Of a stretch of DNA of 64,000 bases, positions 27,001 to 42,000 are shown piece by piece (the stretch's first letter is position 1; every line of letters starts with the position of its first letter). Source of the DNA: Phaeosaccion multiseriatum (taxonomy: Eukaryota; Protista; Ochrophyta, other classes); assembly GCA_965112735.1 (NCBI GenBank), contig OZ218950.1, positions 2,356,001-2,420,000 of the forward strand, given 5' to 3'. A program made the translations under genes and the position numbers. The notes under the pieces were generated by a model. That model saw only the letters and a list, made by a program, of their open reading frames with translations. It searched no databases and had not been told where the DNA came from.

Positions 27001-30000
27001 ACTCCATCAATGAAGCCCCCTTGCCACTGCTTCTGACCCTCATCGGCCCAGCGACCAACAGGGCTGGCTCCAATACAGTCTGTCCCTGCACAGAGCATAG
27101 CCCAGAAGTCCTCGGGGCTCTTCACCCCTCCAGGGAAGCGACAGGCGATCCCGACGACGGCCAGCGGCGCCCTTGAGTCAGTGCGGTGCGCTTCAGCCGC
27201 GATCGCCGCAGAGCGACTGCTGGAGGGTTCCTCTACCTCGCCAAGCACCTCCGCTTCGATCCACACTGCCAGCGCCGCTACCGTGGGATACGCGAAGAGC
27301 ACGTCAGTGGTCACTACAGCCCCGAAGCGAGCCTGTAGACGGCCGCGCAGCTCCACTGTTGATAAAGAGTCAAGACCTGCTTCCATCAAAGGCGTGTTCG
27401 CGTCCAGCTCTTCGGCACCCTCCCCAATCAGCTCCTTGGCGATATCCATCACCGCCAATCGCACTGATTGCTGTCGCTCGCCAGGGGGCAGTCTCAAGAG
27501 CGCCTCGCGCACTTCATTGTTTAGTGCGGTGTTGCTGGACGCGCCTGCTGCTGTTGAGACAAGCCCTGACAGCAGGAACGAGCCGCGGGACGCACCCAAG
27601 CTGTCTGCAAACTTGCTCCAGTCCATGCCAGGCAGAACGGCATAATCGCCAAAATGCGCTGACGACATCGCAGCGGCATCTAAAGCAGCCATGCCCAGCT
27701 CAGCTGACACCGTGCCCACACCAGCCAGCTCCAACTGTTTTTGAACGATATCGAGCTGGGCGGCCATACCAACGTCAGCCCACGGCCCCCACTGCAATGA
27801 CGTCCCTGCGAGCCCGAGGTGTCGCCTGTGCCGCATCAGCCCGTCCACAGCCGCATTCGCTGCAGCGTAGTTGGCCTGTCCAGCGTTACCCAGTACTCCG
27901 GCCATGGATGTGAAGCAAAAGAAGAAGTCAAGGCCAGGAGCGCGCCCATCCTCCTTCGCCCAAGCCAACGAAAGCTCGTGCAAGTTTATCGCCCCCTGCA
28001 CCTTCGGTCCGAAGACGTTCGTCACGCTCTCCACCGTTTGCTCTCCCAGGAGCTTATCATCCAGCACCCCGGCAGCATGCACCACACCGCGTACAGGGGG
28101 TAGCAGAGGCAGCACGCCCCCCAGGCATGTCCCAAGTGCCTCAGCATCAGCAACATCACAAGTAGGAGTATGGGTGGTCAGCTCCACCTTATTCTGAAGC
28201 TGCTGCCACTGTTCTGTCATGCTTTCGGCGACCTTCCCACTCCTCGACAGCAGCACAAGGTGACGAGCGCCCCTCGACGCGAGGTGCTGGGCCGTCACGA
28301 GGCCGAGAGCCCCCAGACCGCCGCTGATGACGTACGTGCCATCCGACACCACTGGCACACCGTACGAGGGGTTGGTCAGCACCACCTTGCCGATGTGCTT
28401 CGCTTGGCTCATGTATAGCATGGCCTTCTGAGTATCCTCCCTCATGTCAAAGGGTATGGTCGGTAACGGCTTCACATTGCCAGACATGCACTCTTTAGCC
28501 AGATGCTGCAGCTCGTCGCTTATCCAGCCCGGCTCACCCGCCGAAAAGTCGAAGTCGATAATGGCGTCCACGGCGACGAGGTTGTACCTCACATCGGACC
28601 GGGCGATGTGCATCTGCTCGTGACTCCATACACCTCTCTTCCCAATCTCCACGAATCTGCCTCTCTCTGTCAGCATGTCCAATGAGAAGGGAATGTAATC
28701 CTCGCTCAGTGAGTTGAGCACCACATCCACCTTCATCTCCCCCATGGACTGCTTGAACGCCTCTGCGTCTCTTGAAGACGCAATGTGCTGCACTCCCAAG
28801 CTCCGGAGGAAGTCATGCTTCACAGCAGCACCGGCAGTAGCGTACACGTCTGCGCCCACCCGCTGAGCATACTGCACGGCGGCAAGGCCCACACCACCCG
28901 ACGCGGCATGAATCAACACCTTCTCTCCAGCCTTAAGGTCGTGGAAGGCCTTCGCTACCGTCAAGCACACGGTGGGAAGTGCAGCGGCCTGCTCGAAGCT
29001 CAGCACGGCCGGCATCACGGCCAGACACACATCACTCGTCGTCACATGACTGCGCAAACATCCCGCATCGCCAAAGCCAAACACTGCATCGCCGACACTG
29101 AAGCGCGAGCTTCCTCCCACACTGATCACCTCACCCGCGAACTCGCAGCAAGGATCTCCAGGGTCGCCAGGGTACATATCCAGCACATTCAGCACGTCCC
29201 GGAAATTAAGCCCAACAGCCCTTACTGCCACCTCTACGGAGCTGCCAGCTGGGTCAAGGGACTGATGTTTGCCATGGTTCACATCATCACGAAGGGCGAA
29301 AGCGTCGGCAATGCTGCCTCTTGCCTTCAAATCAAGCGCGAAGGGAAGCTGGAGGGACTGACGTGTTAGCTGAGGAGCCCAGCACTGCCCGTCGCGTACC
29401 CATACATCTTCTGTGGCAGGAGGGAAGGCCAAGCCTAAGGCAACCTCGCAGTCTTGGTCCTTCTTGCCGCTGAGGTCCACCACACCAATCTGCAGGGAGG
29501 GGTGCTCCACTCTCGCAGTCCGCACCAGCCCAGTCACCCAGCTGTCACGCCAGTCCTCGCCGCTTTGGACTCCTCTGGTCAAAACTGTCAGCGGTACCCT
29601 TGATGCAGTACACAGGCTCCTGAGTAGAGCCATCAGGGCGTAGGCCGCTCGTGCTTGCGTGCTTCCTTCTGCGTCTTCTTCGCCAGCTCCGGGTACCAGC
29701 ACGTACAACACGCGAGCCCACTCGTCCTGTCCAAGAAGAAGAGTACCATCATCCCAGGAGGCGTCCTTCCGCCCATATCGAGTGTGTACGTCCACGTTCT
29801 CCGGAACACAGCGCCGCACTGCAGCAATGATTGAAATCTCTTCCTCCCTTTCGTCCTGTGGAATAACCACGAGCCACTTTTGACGCGCCGCCGCCTCAGC
29901 AGGGTCAGTATCACTACCAGGGGCCTCCTCTTGTGTAGACGACTCAGCGGTCTGCCATTCAAGCGTGTACATCGCCCGATGAAGAGGATTGGGGCACGCA

Positions 30001-33000
30001 AAGCCTCTCGCCCGCTGCACGCGGAAGCCCCGCATCTCCACGAGCACCTCTTTGCTGTCGAAGTCTGCAATGCGGATGTCAAACTTGACGCTGTCCACCA
30101 CTGACTGGCCCTCACTCAGCTTCGTGTGCACCCACACGTTCTTTCCCGCCATGGAGGCGGAAACAACCACTTCGTCAAAGCCTGCAGGTAGGAATGGAGA
30201 TTCCCCCCCCTCCTTGAGCAGCTTCCTTGGCAGCGCTTGCATGATGGTATGAGTAGCATTGTCCAGCACTGCGGGGTGCAGAGCAAAGCCCTTCATCTCC
30301 CACGGCTCGCACAGCTCCTCATCCATGGCACACACGATCGACAGAACCTCTCCGTCCCCTCCGTACATGTGGCGGGTCCGCTGAAAGCGGGGGCCGTACT
30401 GGAAGCCGGCGTCTGCGAAAGACTTGTAGATCTCACTCGGTACGTCCTGCTCGCCAACTCTAGCTCGAATGGATTCCACGTGCAAAGAAGCTCGCGCCGT
30501 GCTACGCTCCATGACAGACACGTACTTCATTCTTGCCGTGGTGCCCTTGTCGCCCGTGGCACCTCCGAAGAACTGCATGCTTCCATCTGCCGCGTGAAGG
30601 GCACTCATCCCGGCACAGACCATTGTATGGCGGCTTTGAGCTTGGTCCATGCCCGCCTGTTGGAAACCCTCAATCTCCAGTGGGACCACAAGGCTGGCTC
30701 CGTGCAGGACTACCTGCTGCTCCACTCCGAGCTGTCTGCCTCCTAGAGCAGCCACGACGCCCACTTCAATGTACGTCACCCCCGGAATGATCACCATATT
30801 GTTGACGGCATGGTCCTTGAGAAGGTCCTTGAGATGAGGGGAGAAGGGGCTGGGGAGCCTCATTCCGTCTCTCTCCTGGACCATCTCACCATTCGGCATA
30901 AAAGCAAGCGGAGGCTTGTACCAAGGAAATGATCGGCGAGTCGGATAAAGCTCAAGATGCTCCGGCCCCGCTATACTGCCCAGGGCTGCTCTAAACGAAT
31001 CCTCAGAGCTCTTCCCGCGCGTGAGGGAGGAGATCCACGCCAGCCCCTCGCGACGCTCGCACTTGGCTCCCATGCTGCTCAGCACAGTGTTGGGGCCCAC
31101 CTCAACGATGCTCAAATCAGCCCCCCTCCCGTCTCCCATCCAGTGCTCCACCAGCGTGTGGATGCCTTCTGCGAACAGCACCGGCGACAGCATGTGCTGC
31201 ACCCAATACGTCGCCTGCGTCACCTCCTCCCCTGTCACCACCTCACCCGTCACGTTGGACACCAGGGGAATGCGTGGGGCACTGAATGACACCTGCCTCA
31301 GAGCCTCCTCCAGCGCACGTACAGCGGGCTCCATCAGAGGAGAGTGGAAGGCGTGCGACACCTCCAGGGCCTTGCAGCCCACCCCATCTGCCGTGAGCTT
31401 CTCCACCACCTTGTCCACAGCGCTGCGCGCTCCAGAGATCACGCTCGCGCTCGGTCCATTCGATGACGCCAGCACCACCTCCCCTGCCCCCCCCGAAGCG
31501 TCGATACTTGCCAAAGTCGCCTCCTTGCCTGCCCTCACTGCGAACATCACTCCCTCGCCCTCGGGGCAGGCCTGCATGGCGGCTCCTCTCTTGGCGGACA
31601 GCATCAGTCCGTCCTCCAGCGACATGACGCCGGCCACGCACGCCGCCACTACCTCGCCCAGGCTGTGGCCCATCACCATGGAAGGCTCCACGCCCTCCGA
31701 CTTCCACAGCTCACACAGGGCGTGTTCCAACACAAACAGGCACGGCTGGCAGTAGCGTGTCTCCTTCAGTACCGCTTGTGTAGTCTTCTCCTCCTCCTTC
31801 CCATCCTCAGCGGCGGCAGGGTACATGAGCTCCACCACAGACTTGTCCAGCCAGGCCCGCTCCATGAGCAGCCTGCTGCACTGCTGCACGCACTCGCGGA
31901 ACACGCCCTCCTTCTCGTACAGCTCCCTGCCCATGCCCACGTACTGCGAGCCCTGTCCTGTGAACAAGAACGCCACTGGAGTCGCTGCTTGCCCCGGATT
32001 AGGGCCTGGCGCACCCTCACTCTTCTCCCCATAGCTCCTCAACAGCACGTGTGAATTCGTTCCTCCTGCCCCGAACGAGCTCACCCCCACCAAGACATCT
32101 CCCTCGTCCTCCAGCAGCACCATCGCCGACGGGAGCTGCACGGGGAAGCCGTCCATGTCCAGCTCCGGGTTGATACTCTCGAGGTGGAGGTTGGCGGGCA
32201 CCGCGCGGTGCTGCAGCATCAAGACGGCCTTGATGAGCCCAGCAATGCCCGCCGCACCCTCCAGATGGCCAATATTGGTCTTGGCCGCACCCACTACCAG
32301 CGGGAAAGAGTCGGCGCGGTTCTTTCCGTACGTGGCCCTGAGAGCGCTCATCTCGATGGGGTCGCCGAGCGAGGTGCCCGTGCCGTGCGCCTCCACGATG
32401 CGTACCTCGGAGCCCTCTCGACCGGCCTCACGCAGCGTCGCCTCGATGAGTCTCTGCTGGGCGGCGGGGCTGGGGGCAGTGAGGCGGGCACTGGTTCCGT
32501 TGTGGTTCACGGCACAGCCCTCAATCACAGCGAGGACCGTGTCTCCGGCAGCGAGGGCGTCATCTAGGTGTTTCAGCACAACGGCACCGCATCCTTCACC
32601 ACGCACGTATCCGTTTGCCGACGCGTCGAACGTCTTGCAGCGCCTGAGAAGGGCATGGGAATTGTGGGGTGGGGTGAGGTAAGTTGACTTCAATGGCACT
32701 CAAGTCGTTCTCACTGTGCGACTTGCCAGAGAGGCGATGGCCAAAGGGGGAAGAACAACAGGAATGGAAGCACTCCACACTCACACGCACATACCCGTCG
32801 GGCGATAAGAAACCACTTCCCTTCAGCCTTTCGAAGCTCTGCGTGCCGAGCAACAGATTCACTCCGCCCACCACGGCTGCGTCGCACTTGCCCATGCGTA
32901 AGCTGCTGCAAGCGCTGTCCAGGGCCACCAGAGAGGACGAGCACGCCGTGTCAGTGGTCATGGACGGGCCCTGCAGTCCGAGCGTGTACGACAGACGATT

Positions 33001-36000
33001 GGACACGCTTGCCCCTGCTGCGCCCATGGTGCTATACACGCCTGTCGACGACGAGCCTTCCCCGCGTGCTCCCCAGTCACTGCCGCTCATGCCCACGAAC
33101 ACTCCGGTCTGACTGCCACTCAGGCTTTGCTTGGTATAGCCCGCAGTCACAAGCGCCTCCAGTCCCACCTCCAGCATCACCCGTTGGTGTGGGTCCATGG
33201 CAGAAGCCTCAGCACTGGTAATGCCGAACACAGATGAATCGAACATTTCCACGCCGTCGATGAAGCTTCCTTGCCACTGCTGCTCATCCTCCTCCTTGCT
33301 CGCCCAGCGGTCGAGCGGAGCAGGCTGGACACAGTCCTTGCCATTGCTAAGCATGGCCCAAAACTCCTCTGGGCTGTTCGAACCACCTGGCAAGCGGCAC
33401 GCCATGCCCACCACCGCCAACGGTGCCTTCATGTCGCCCCTCTGGTATCCAATCGACTCACTCTCACCCTCATCATCCTCCTCAGATCCCATCACCAAGG
33501 CTTCCAGCCAGGTAGACAGCGCTACGATTGAGGGGTGACTGAAGAGCACGTCGTTGGGGACGGACACGCCGAAGCGAGCTTGGAGTCGACTCCGGAGCTC
33601 CACCGTAGACATGGAGTCCAGCCCAGCCTCCATCAAAGGCGTATCAGCCTCGAGCACGGTGCCCGCTTCACCAATGCATGCCGTTGCGATCTCCGTGATG
33701 ACGCCTTCCAGCATGGGCTTCCGACTCGGCTCTGGCATCTCCAGCAGGTCACGCCTCACGGCAGCAGTAACGTTATTCCCCACCCCGTTTCCCGCGCGGC
33801 TACCCAAGCCCGCATCCTCTACGAGGGCCTCAAGCATTGTCGAGCCACCAAAAGCCCCCGGCGCAGATACTTGCCAGTCCATTCCCGGCGCCACCAGGAG
33901 CTCGCGTGATGCCGCAGATGGGGATGACACGCTGGCATCAAGCGCCGCCATACCCAATGCATTGCTGATGAGCCCAACGCCGGCCATCTCCAGACTGGCC
34001 ATGGCAACTTCGGACCGAGCGGCCATGCCAGCTTCGCCCCACGGCCCCCACTGGAGGGCCACAGAGCTGGAGTGACCGAGGCGCCGACGATGCTGCATCA
34101 GCCCGTCCACAGCAGCGTTGGCTGCAGCATAGTTGGCCTGGCCTGCATTGCCAAGCACACCTGCCATGGATGTGTAGGACACAAAGAAGTCCAAGGGCCA
34201 GGCCATCTGCACCGACAGCTCGTGCAGATTCCAAGCGCCCTCCACCTTCGGCTTGAAGACCTCTTCGATACTCTCGGGCGTCTGGTCCACCAGCAAGCGA
34301 TCGTCGAGCACGCCAGCAGCATGGATGACACCTCGCACGGGCGGCATGCAGCTGAGCGCCGTGCCTAGGGCCTTCTCAAGCGACTGCGCGCTAGACACGT
34401 CGCACGATACAGCCTTGGTGCTCACCCCGCCGGCCACGGTGAGAAGCTCCTCCCACAGCGCCTGGGAGTCCGCCTTGACTTTTCCCCCTCGCGAGAGCAG
34501 TACAAGATGATGAGCTCCTTTATCGGCCAAATGCTTCGCAGTCGCCAGCCCCAGCGCCCCCAGCCCACCGCTGATGACATAAGTCCCGTCTCGCACGACG
34601 GGAATACCACACTCAGGGCTTTTGAGCACAACCTTCCCTATGTGCTTCGCAGTTCTGAGGAAGTTCATTGCATCCGCAAGCTCATCCCTCAAGTCGAATG
34701 TCTTCACTGGTAGCGCCTCGGCCCTGCCCGCCTCGCTGCCCGCTGTCAGCTGCTCCAGCCCAGCGAACGCCCAGCCCTGCTTCTCGGCCTTGAAGTCGTC
34801 TGCTATCATGCAGTCCAGCGCAATCATCTCGTACAGCACGTCGGGCCTGGCAGCCTTCATCGCCTCCCTGGTCCACACGCCTCGCTTGCCAATCTCCATG
34901 AAGCGCCCGTTCTTCGTCAGCAGCTCCAGAGAGTAAGGGATGAAGTTGTCCGACAGGCAATTGAGTACCACATCCACCTTCGCAGCTCCAATGGAAGCCT
35001 TGAAGGCCTCCGCATCTCGCGACGACGCAATGTGCTTCACACCCAGGCCTCGCAAGTAGGCGTGCTTCTCAACGGATCCAGCAGTGGCGTAGATCTCCGC
35101 TCCGATGCGCTGAGCAATCTGCACGGCCACCAGACCCACTCCACCTGACGCGGCATGGATGAGCACCTTCTCACCACGCTTCAAGCCAGCGAGTTGCTCG
35201 AATGCATGCACCACTGTGAGCCACGCGATAGGCAGCGCTGCCATGTCCTCGAAGGTCCTGTTGGAAGGCATGTTGGCCAGACACACGTCACTTGTCGTTA
35301 CGTGGGAGCAGAAGCAGCCCTTGTCCGGAAACCCGTAGACCTTGTCTCCCACTTGAAAGCGCGACTTTCGCGATGATCGAGTGACCACCCCCGATAGCTC
35401 GATGCCAGGCTGTCCAGGGTCGCCAGGGTACAGGTCGAGCACATTCAGCACGTCTCTGAAGTTGAGCCCCACCGCCTTGACACAAATTTCAATCTCCCCG
35501 TCCTGCAAGGCAGTGTCTCTCTCGGAAGGGAGTATGTCTCTGCGCTTCAAGCCTCCCTCGATGGTTCCCCTCGCCATGAGATCGAAAGAGAAGGGAAGGC
35601 TGACTACCGAGGAGCGAGTCAGCTGAGGCGTCTTGCATTCTCCTCCTTGCACACGCACATCTTGACTCTGGAGGGGAAGACCCAACGCCAAGCTCAAGTC
35701 CTCCACGTTCGCTTCCACGACCATGATGTGCATCTCTGGCCGCTCGATGCGAACGGAGCGAATCATGCCAAACACCAGCATGTGTGCCCATCCCTCGCCT
35801 CCCCCGCTCAGCGTGTCTTGTAGTAGCACCATCAAGGGGACTGGTCTCTTGGCCAACTGCTGCGTTACCGCCAGCAGCTTCTGTGCTCCCTGCTGAGCGG
35901 CGCTGGCTGATGACATTGCCGTCTGTCCCTCCCCTCCTCCACCGCCGAGCACGTAAAGCACTCGCGACCACTCGCTCCTCTCCAAGCCTCTCACCACATG

Positions 36001-39000
36001 CTGGTCATAGGCACACTCCTGCACACGCAGCGTCACGTGCTCGGGCACGGATTGCTCAATACGCTTCACCAACGCTGCAGCTGTACTTACTCTATCTACC
36101 AAAGCCAGCCACGTCTCCTTCTCCATACAAAACTTCCCCGGGGTGGTTGCCAGAGCCAGAGCCTCGTCTGGCTGCCACTCCAGATAGTATAAGGCTCGAC
36201 GAAGAGGGTTCAGGAGCGTAAAGCCCTTGGCCCTCTGCAGCTTGACGCCCTTCATGGTCACGAGCACGTACTGGCTGTCAAAGTCGGCAATAACAATGTC
36301 AAAGTTGACGCTGTCGCGCTTGTCGCTGATCTCGGTGAGCACGGTATGCACCCACACCTTTTCTCCTCTGATGGCGCCCTTCGCAACGACGTCTTTGCAT
36401 CCAGCTGGCAAGAATGTAGCACCCTGGGTCAGCTCAGAAGGCAGAAGCGCAAGCATGGTGTGTGCGGCACTGTCCAGCACGGCGGGGTGGAGGTAGAATC
36501 CACGCACCTCCCACTCAGAGCACAGGCTGGGGTCCTGCGCTGTCGCCACGGACAGAGCCTGTCCCTCGGCAGCGTACAAGCGCTCTGTCCGCCTGAAACG
36601 GGGGCCGAAGTTGAAGCCGACCTTAGCGAACGTGGCGTACAGCTCACCCGAAATGTCGCGCTGCCCCACTGCCTCCTGGATGCTCCTCACGTCCATCATT
36701 GCAGTAGCCTCTCTTGCCTCCAGCACCACTGACGCCGCCCTGGCTACAGCCTCACCTGCCTTGCCGCGGGGGCCGCCCGTGATCCGCGTCTTGCCGTGGG
36801 CAGAGAGGAACACGTTTACCTCCGAGCATGCCACTGTCGTGGACCCATCCACCAATCGCTCCACGCCAGGCACACTGGCGCCTGCCACCTCCAGCGGGGC
36901 CGTGAAGACGAGGCCCTTCATGCACGCCTGGCCATCGGCGGGGAAGGCCTCGCCCCTCAGTAGCGTGGCCAGGGCCAGCTCAATGTAGCCCATGCCCGGC
37001 ATGAGCACCACCCCCCCCACTGCGTGCTCCTGCAGCAGGCCCTTGAGCCTTGGAGAGAATGGGCAGGACAGCAGCACCCCGCCCTTCTCATCTCGCACCC
37101 CTCCACTCGGGCAAAAAGCGTGATTATCGCTCTTGTACCACGGGAAGGCCACACGATTCGGGAAGAGCGCCTCCTCCTTGACGAAGGGGCCCCCATCGCC
37201 ATTCATGCCAGCCATCGGTACGGACTCACGCTTGTTCCCGTAGCTCCTCAGCAGCACGTGTGAATTCGTTCCTCCTGCCCCGAACGAGCTAACCCCCACC
37301 AACACGTCTTCCTCGTCCTCCAGCTGCACCATCGCCGACGGGAGCTGCACGGGGAAGCCGTCCATGTCCAGCTCTGGGTTGATGCTCTCGAGGTGGAGGT
37401 TGGCGGGCACCGCGCGGTGCTGCAGCATCAAGACGGCCTTGATGAGCCCAGCAATGCCCGCCGCACCCTCCAGATGGCCGATATTGGTCTTGACCGCACC
37501 CACTACCAGCGGGAAAGAGTCGGCGCGGTTCTTTCCGTACGTGGCCCTGAGAGCGCTCATCTCGATGGGGTCGCCGAGCGAGGTGCCCGTGCCGTGCGCC
37601 TCCACGATGCGTACCTCGGAGCCCTCTCGACCGGCCTCACGCAGCGTCGCCTCGATGAGTCTCTGCTGGGCGGCGGGGCTGGGGGCAGTGAGGCGGGCAC
37701 TGGTTCCGTTGTGGTTCACGGCACAGCCCTCAATCACAGCGAGGACCGTGTCTCCGGCAGCGAGGGCGTCATCTAGGTGTTTCAGCACAACGGCACCGCA
37801 TCCTTCACCACGCACGTATCCGTTTGCCGACGCGTCGAACGTCTTGCAGCGCCTGAGAAGGGCATGGGAATTGTGGGGTGGGGTGAGGTAAGTTGACTTC
37901 AATGGCACTCAAGTCGTTCTCACTGTGCGACTTGCCAGAGAGGCGATGGCCAAAGGGGGAAGAACAACAGGAATGGAAGCACTCCACACTCACACGCACA
38001 TACCCGTCGGGCGATAAGAAACCACTTCCCTTCAGCCTTTCGAAGCTCTGCGTGCCGAGCAACAGATTCACTCCGCCCACCACGGCTGCGTCGCACTTGC
38101 CCATGCGTAAGCTGCTGCAAGCGCTGTCCAGGGCCACCAGAGAGGACGAGCACGCCGTGTCAGTGGTCATGGACGGGCCCTGCAGTCCGAGCGTGTACGA
38201 CAGACGATTGGACACGCTTGCCCCTGCTGCGCCCATGGTGCTATACACGCCTGTCGACGACGAGCCTTCCCCGCGTGCTCCCCAGTCACTGCCGCTCATG
38301 CCCACGAACACTCCGGTCTGACTGCCACTCAGGCTTTGCTTGGTATAGCCCGCAGTCACAAGCGCCTCCAGTCCCACCTCCAGCATCACCCGTTGGTGTG
38401 GGTCCATGGCAGAAGCCTCAGCACTGGTAATGCCGAACACAGATGAATCGAACATTTCCACGCCGTCGATGAAGCTTCCTTGCCACTGCTGCTCATCCTC
38501 CTCCTTGCTCGCCCAGCGGTCGAGCGGAGCAGGCTGGACACAGTCCTTGCCATTGCTAAGCATGGCCCAAAACTCCTCTGGGCTGTTCGAACCACCTGGC
38601 AAGCGGCACGCCATGCCCACCACCGCCAACGGTGCCTTCATGTCGCCCCTCTGGTATCCAATCGACTCACTCTCACCCTCATCATCCTCCTCAGATCCCA
38701 TCACCAAGGCTTCCAGCCAGGTAGACAGCGCTACGATTGAGGGGTGACTGAAGAGCACGTCGTTGGGGACGGACACGCCGAAGCGAGCTTGGAGTCGACT
38801 CCGGAGCTCCACCGTAGACATGGAGTCCAGCCCAGCCTCCATCAAAGGCGTATCAGCCTCGAGCACGGTGCCCGCTTCACCAATGCATGCCGTTGCGATC
38901 TCCGTGATGACGCCTTCCAGCATGGGCTTCCGACTCGGCTCTGGCATCTCCAGCAGGTCACGCCTCACGGCAGCAGTAACGTTATTCCCCACCCCGTTTC

Positions 39001-42000
39001 CCGCGCGGCTACCCAAGCCCGCATCCTCTACGAGGGCCTCAAGCATTGTCGAGCCACCAAAAGCCCCCGGCGCAGATACTTGCCAGTCCATTCCCGGCGC
39101 CACCAGGAGCTCGCGTGATGCCGCAGATGGGGATGACACGCTGGCATCAAGCGCCGCCATACCCAATGCATTGCTGATGAGCCCAACGCCGGCCATCTCC
39201 AGACTGGCCATGGCAACTTCGGACCGAGCGGCCATGCCAGCTTCGCCCCACGGCCCCCACTGGAGGGCCACAGAGCTGGAGTGACCGAGGCGCCGACGAT
39301 GCTGCATCAGCCCGTCCACAGCAGCGTTGGCTGCAGCATAGTTGGCCTGGCCTGCATTGCCAAGCACACCTGCCATGGATGTGTAGGACACAAAGAAGTC
39401 CAAGGGCCAGGCCATCTGCACCGACAGCTCGTGCAGATTCCAAGCGCCCTCCACCTTCGGCTTGAAGACCTCTTCGATACTCTCGGGCGTCTGGTCCACC
39501 AGCAAGCGATCGTCGAGCACGCCAGCAGCATGGATGACACCTCGCACGGGCGGCATGCAGCTGAGCGCCGTGCCTAGGGCCTTCTCAAGCGACTGCGCGC
39601 TAGACACGTCGCACGATACAGCCTTGGTGCTCACCCCGCCGGCCACGGTGAGAAGCTCCTCCCACAGCGCCTGGGAGTCCGCCTTGACTTTTCCCCCTCG
39701 CGAGAGCAGTACAAGATGATGAGCTCCTTTATCGGCCAAATGCTTCGCAGTCGCCAGCCCCAGCGCCCCCAGCCCACCGCTGATGACATAAGTCCCGCCT
39801 CGCACGACGGGAATACCACACTCAGGGCTTTTGAGCACAACCTTCCCTATGTGCTTCGCAGTTCTGAGGAAGTTCATTGCATCCGCAAGCTCATCCCTCA
39901 AGTCGAATGTCTTCACTGGTAGCGCCTCGGCCCTGCCCGCCTCGCTGCCCGCTGTCAGCTGCTCCAGCCCAGCGAACGCCCAGCCCTGCTTCTCGGCCTT
40001 GAAGTCGTCTGCTATCATGCAGTCCAGCGCAATCATCTCGTACAGCACGTCGGGCCTGGCAGCCTTCATCGCCTCCCTGGTCCACACGCCTCGCTTGCCA
40101 ATCTCCATGAAGCGCCCGTTCTTCGTCAGCAGCTCCAGAGAGTAAGGGATGAAGTTGTCCGACAGGCAATTGAGTACCACATCCACCTTCGCAGCTCCAA
40201 TGGAAGCCTTGAAGGCCTCCGCATCTCGCGACGACGCAATGTGCTTCACACCCAGGCCTCGCAAGTAGGCGTGCTTCTCAACGGATCCAGCAGTGGCGTA
40301 GATCTCCGCTCCGATGCGCTGAGCAATCTGCACGGCCACCAGACCCACTCCACCTGACGCGGCATGGATGAGCACCTTCTCACCACGCTTCAAGCCAGCG
40401 AGTTGCTCGAATGCATGCACCACTGTGAGCCACGCGATAGGCAGCGCTGCCATGTCCTCGAAGGTCCTGTTGGAAGGCATGTTGGCCAGACACACGTCAC
40501 TTGTCGTTACGTGGGAGCAGAAGCAGCCCTTGTCCGGAAACCCGTAGACCTTGTCTCCCACTTGAAAGCGCGACTTTCGCGATGATCGAGTGACCACCCC
40601 CGATAGCTCGATGCCAGGCTGTCCAGGGTCGCCAGGGTACAGGTCGAGCACATTCAGCACGTCTCTGAAGTTGAGCCCCACCGCCTTGACACAAATTTCA
40701 ATCTCCCCGTCCTGCAAGGCAGTGTCTCTCTCGGAAGGGAGTATGTCTCTGCGCTTCAAGCCTCCCTCGATGGTTCCCCTCGCCATGAGATCGAAAGAGA
40801 AGGGAAGGCTGACTACCGAGGAGCGAGTCAGCTGAGGCGTCTTGCATTCTCCTCCTTGCACACGCACATCTTGACTCTGGAGGGGAAGACCCAACGCCAA
40901 GCTCAAGTCCTCCACGTTCGCTTCCACGACCATGATGTGCATCTCTGGCCGCTCGATGCGAACGGAGCGAATCATGCCAAACACCAGCATGTGTGCCCAT
41001 CCCTCGCCTCCCCCGCTCAGCGTGTCTTGTAGTAGCACCATCAAGGGGACTGGTCTCTTGGCCAACTGCTGCGTTACCGCCAGCAGCTTCTGTGCTCCCT
41101 GCTGAGCGGCGCTGGCTGATGACATTGCCGTCTGTCCCTCCCCTCCTCCACCGCCGAGCACGTAAAGCACTCGCGACCACTCGCTCCTCTCCAAGCCTCT
41201 CACCACATGCTGGTCATAGGCACACTCCTGCACACGCAGCGTCACGTGCTCGGGCACGGATTGCTCAATACGCTTCACCAACGCTGCAGCTGTACTTACT
41301 CTATCTACCAAAGCCAGCCACGTCTCCTTCTCCATACAAAACTTCCCCGGGGTGGTTGCCAGAGCCAGAGCCTCGTCTGGCTGCCACTCCAGATAGTATA
41401 AGGCTCGACGAAGAGGGTTCAGGAGCGTAAAGCCCTTGGCCCTCTGCAGCTTGACGCCCTTCATGGTCACGAGCACGTACTGGCTGTCAAAGTCGGCAAT
41501 AACAATGTCAAAGTTGACGCTGTCGCGCTTGTCGCTGATCTCGGTGAGCACGGTATGCACCCACACCTTTTCTCCTCTGATGGCGCCCTTCGCAACGACG
41601 TCTTTGCATCCAGCTGGCAAGAATGTAGCACCCTGGGTCAGCTCAGAAGGCAGAAGCGCAAGCATGGTGTGTGCGGCACTGTCCAGCACGGCGGGGTGGA
41701 GGTAGAATCCACGCACCTCCCACTCAGAGCACAGGCTGGGGTCCTGCGCTGTCGCCACGGACAGAGCCTGTCCCTCGGCAGCGTACAAGCGCTCTGTCCG
41801 CCTGAAACGGGGGCCGAAGTTGAAGCCGACCTTAGCGAACGTGGCGTACAGCTCACCCGAAATGTCGCGCTGCCCCACTGCCTCCTGGATGCTCCTCACG
41901 TCCATCATTGCAGTAGCCTCTCTTGCCTCCAGCACCACTGACGCCGCCCTGGCTACAGCCTCACCTGCCTTGCCGCGGGGGCCGCCCGTGATCCGCGTCT

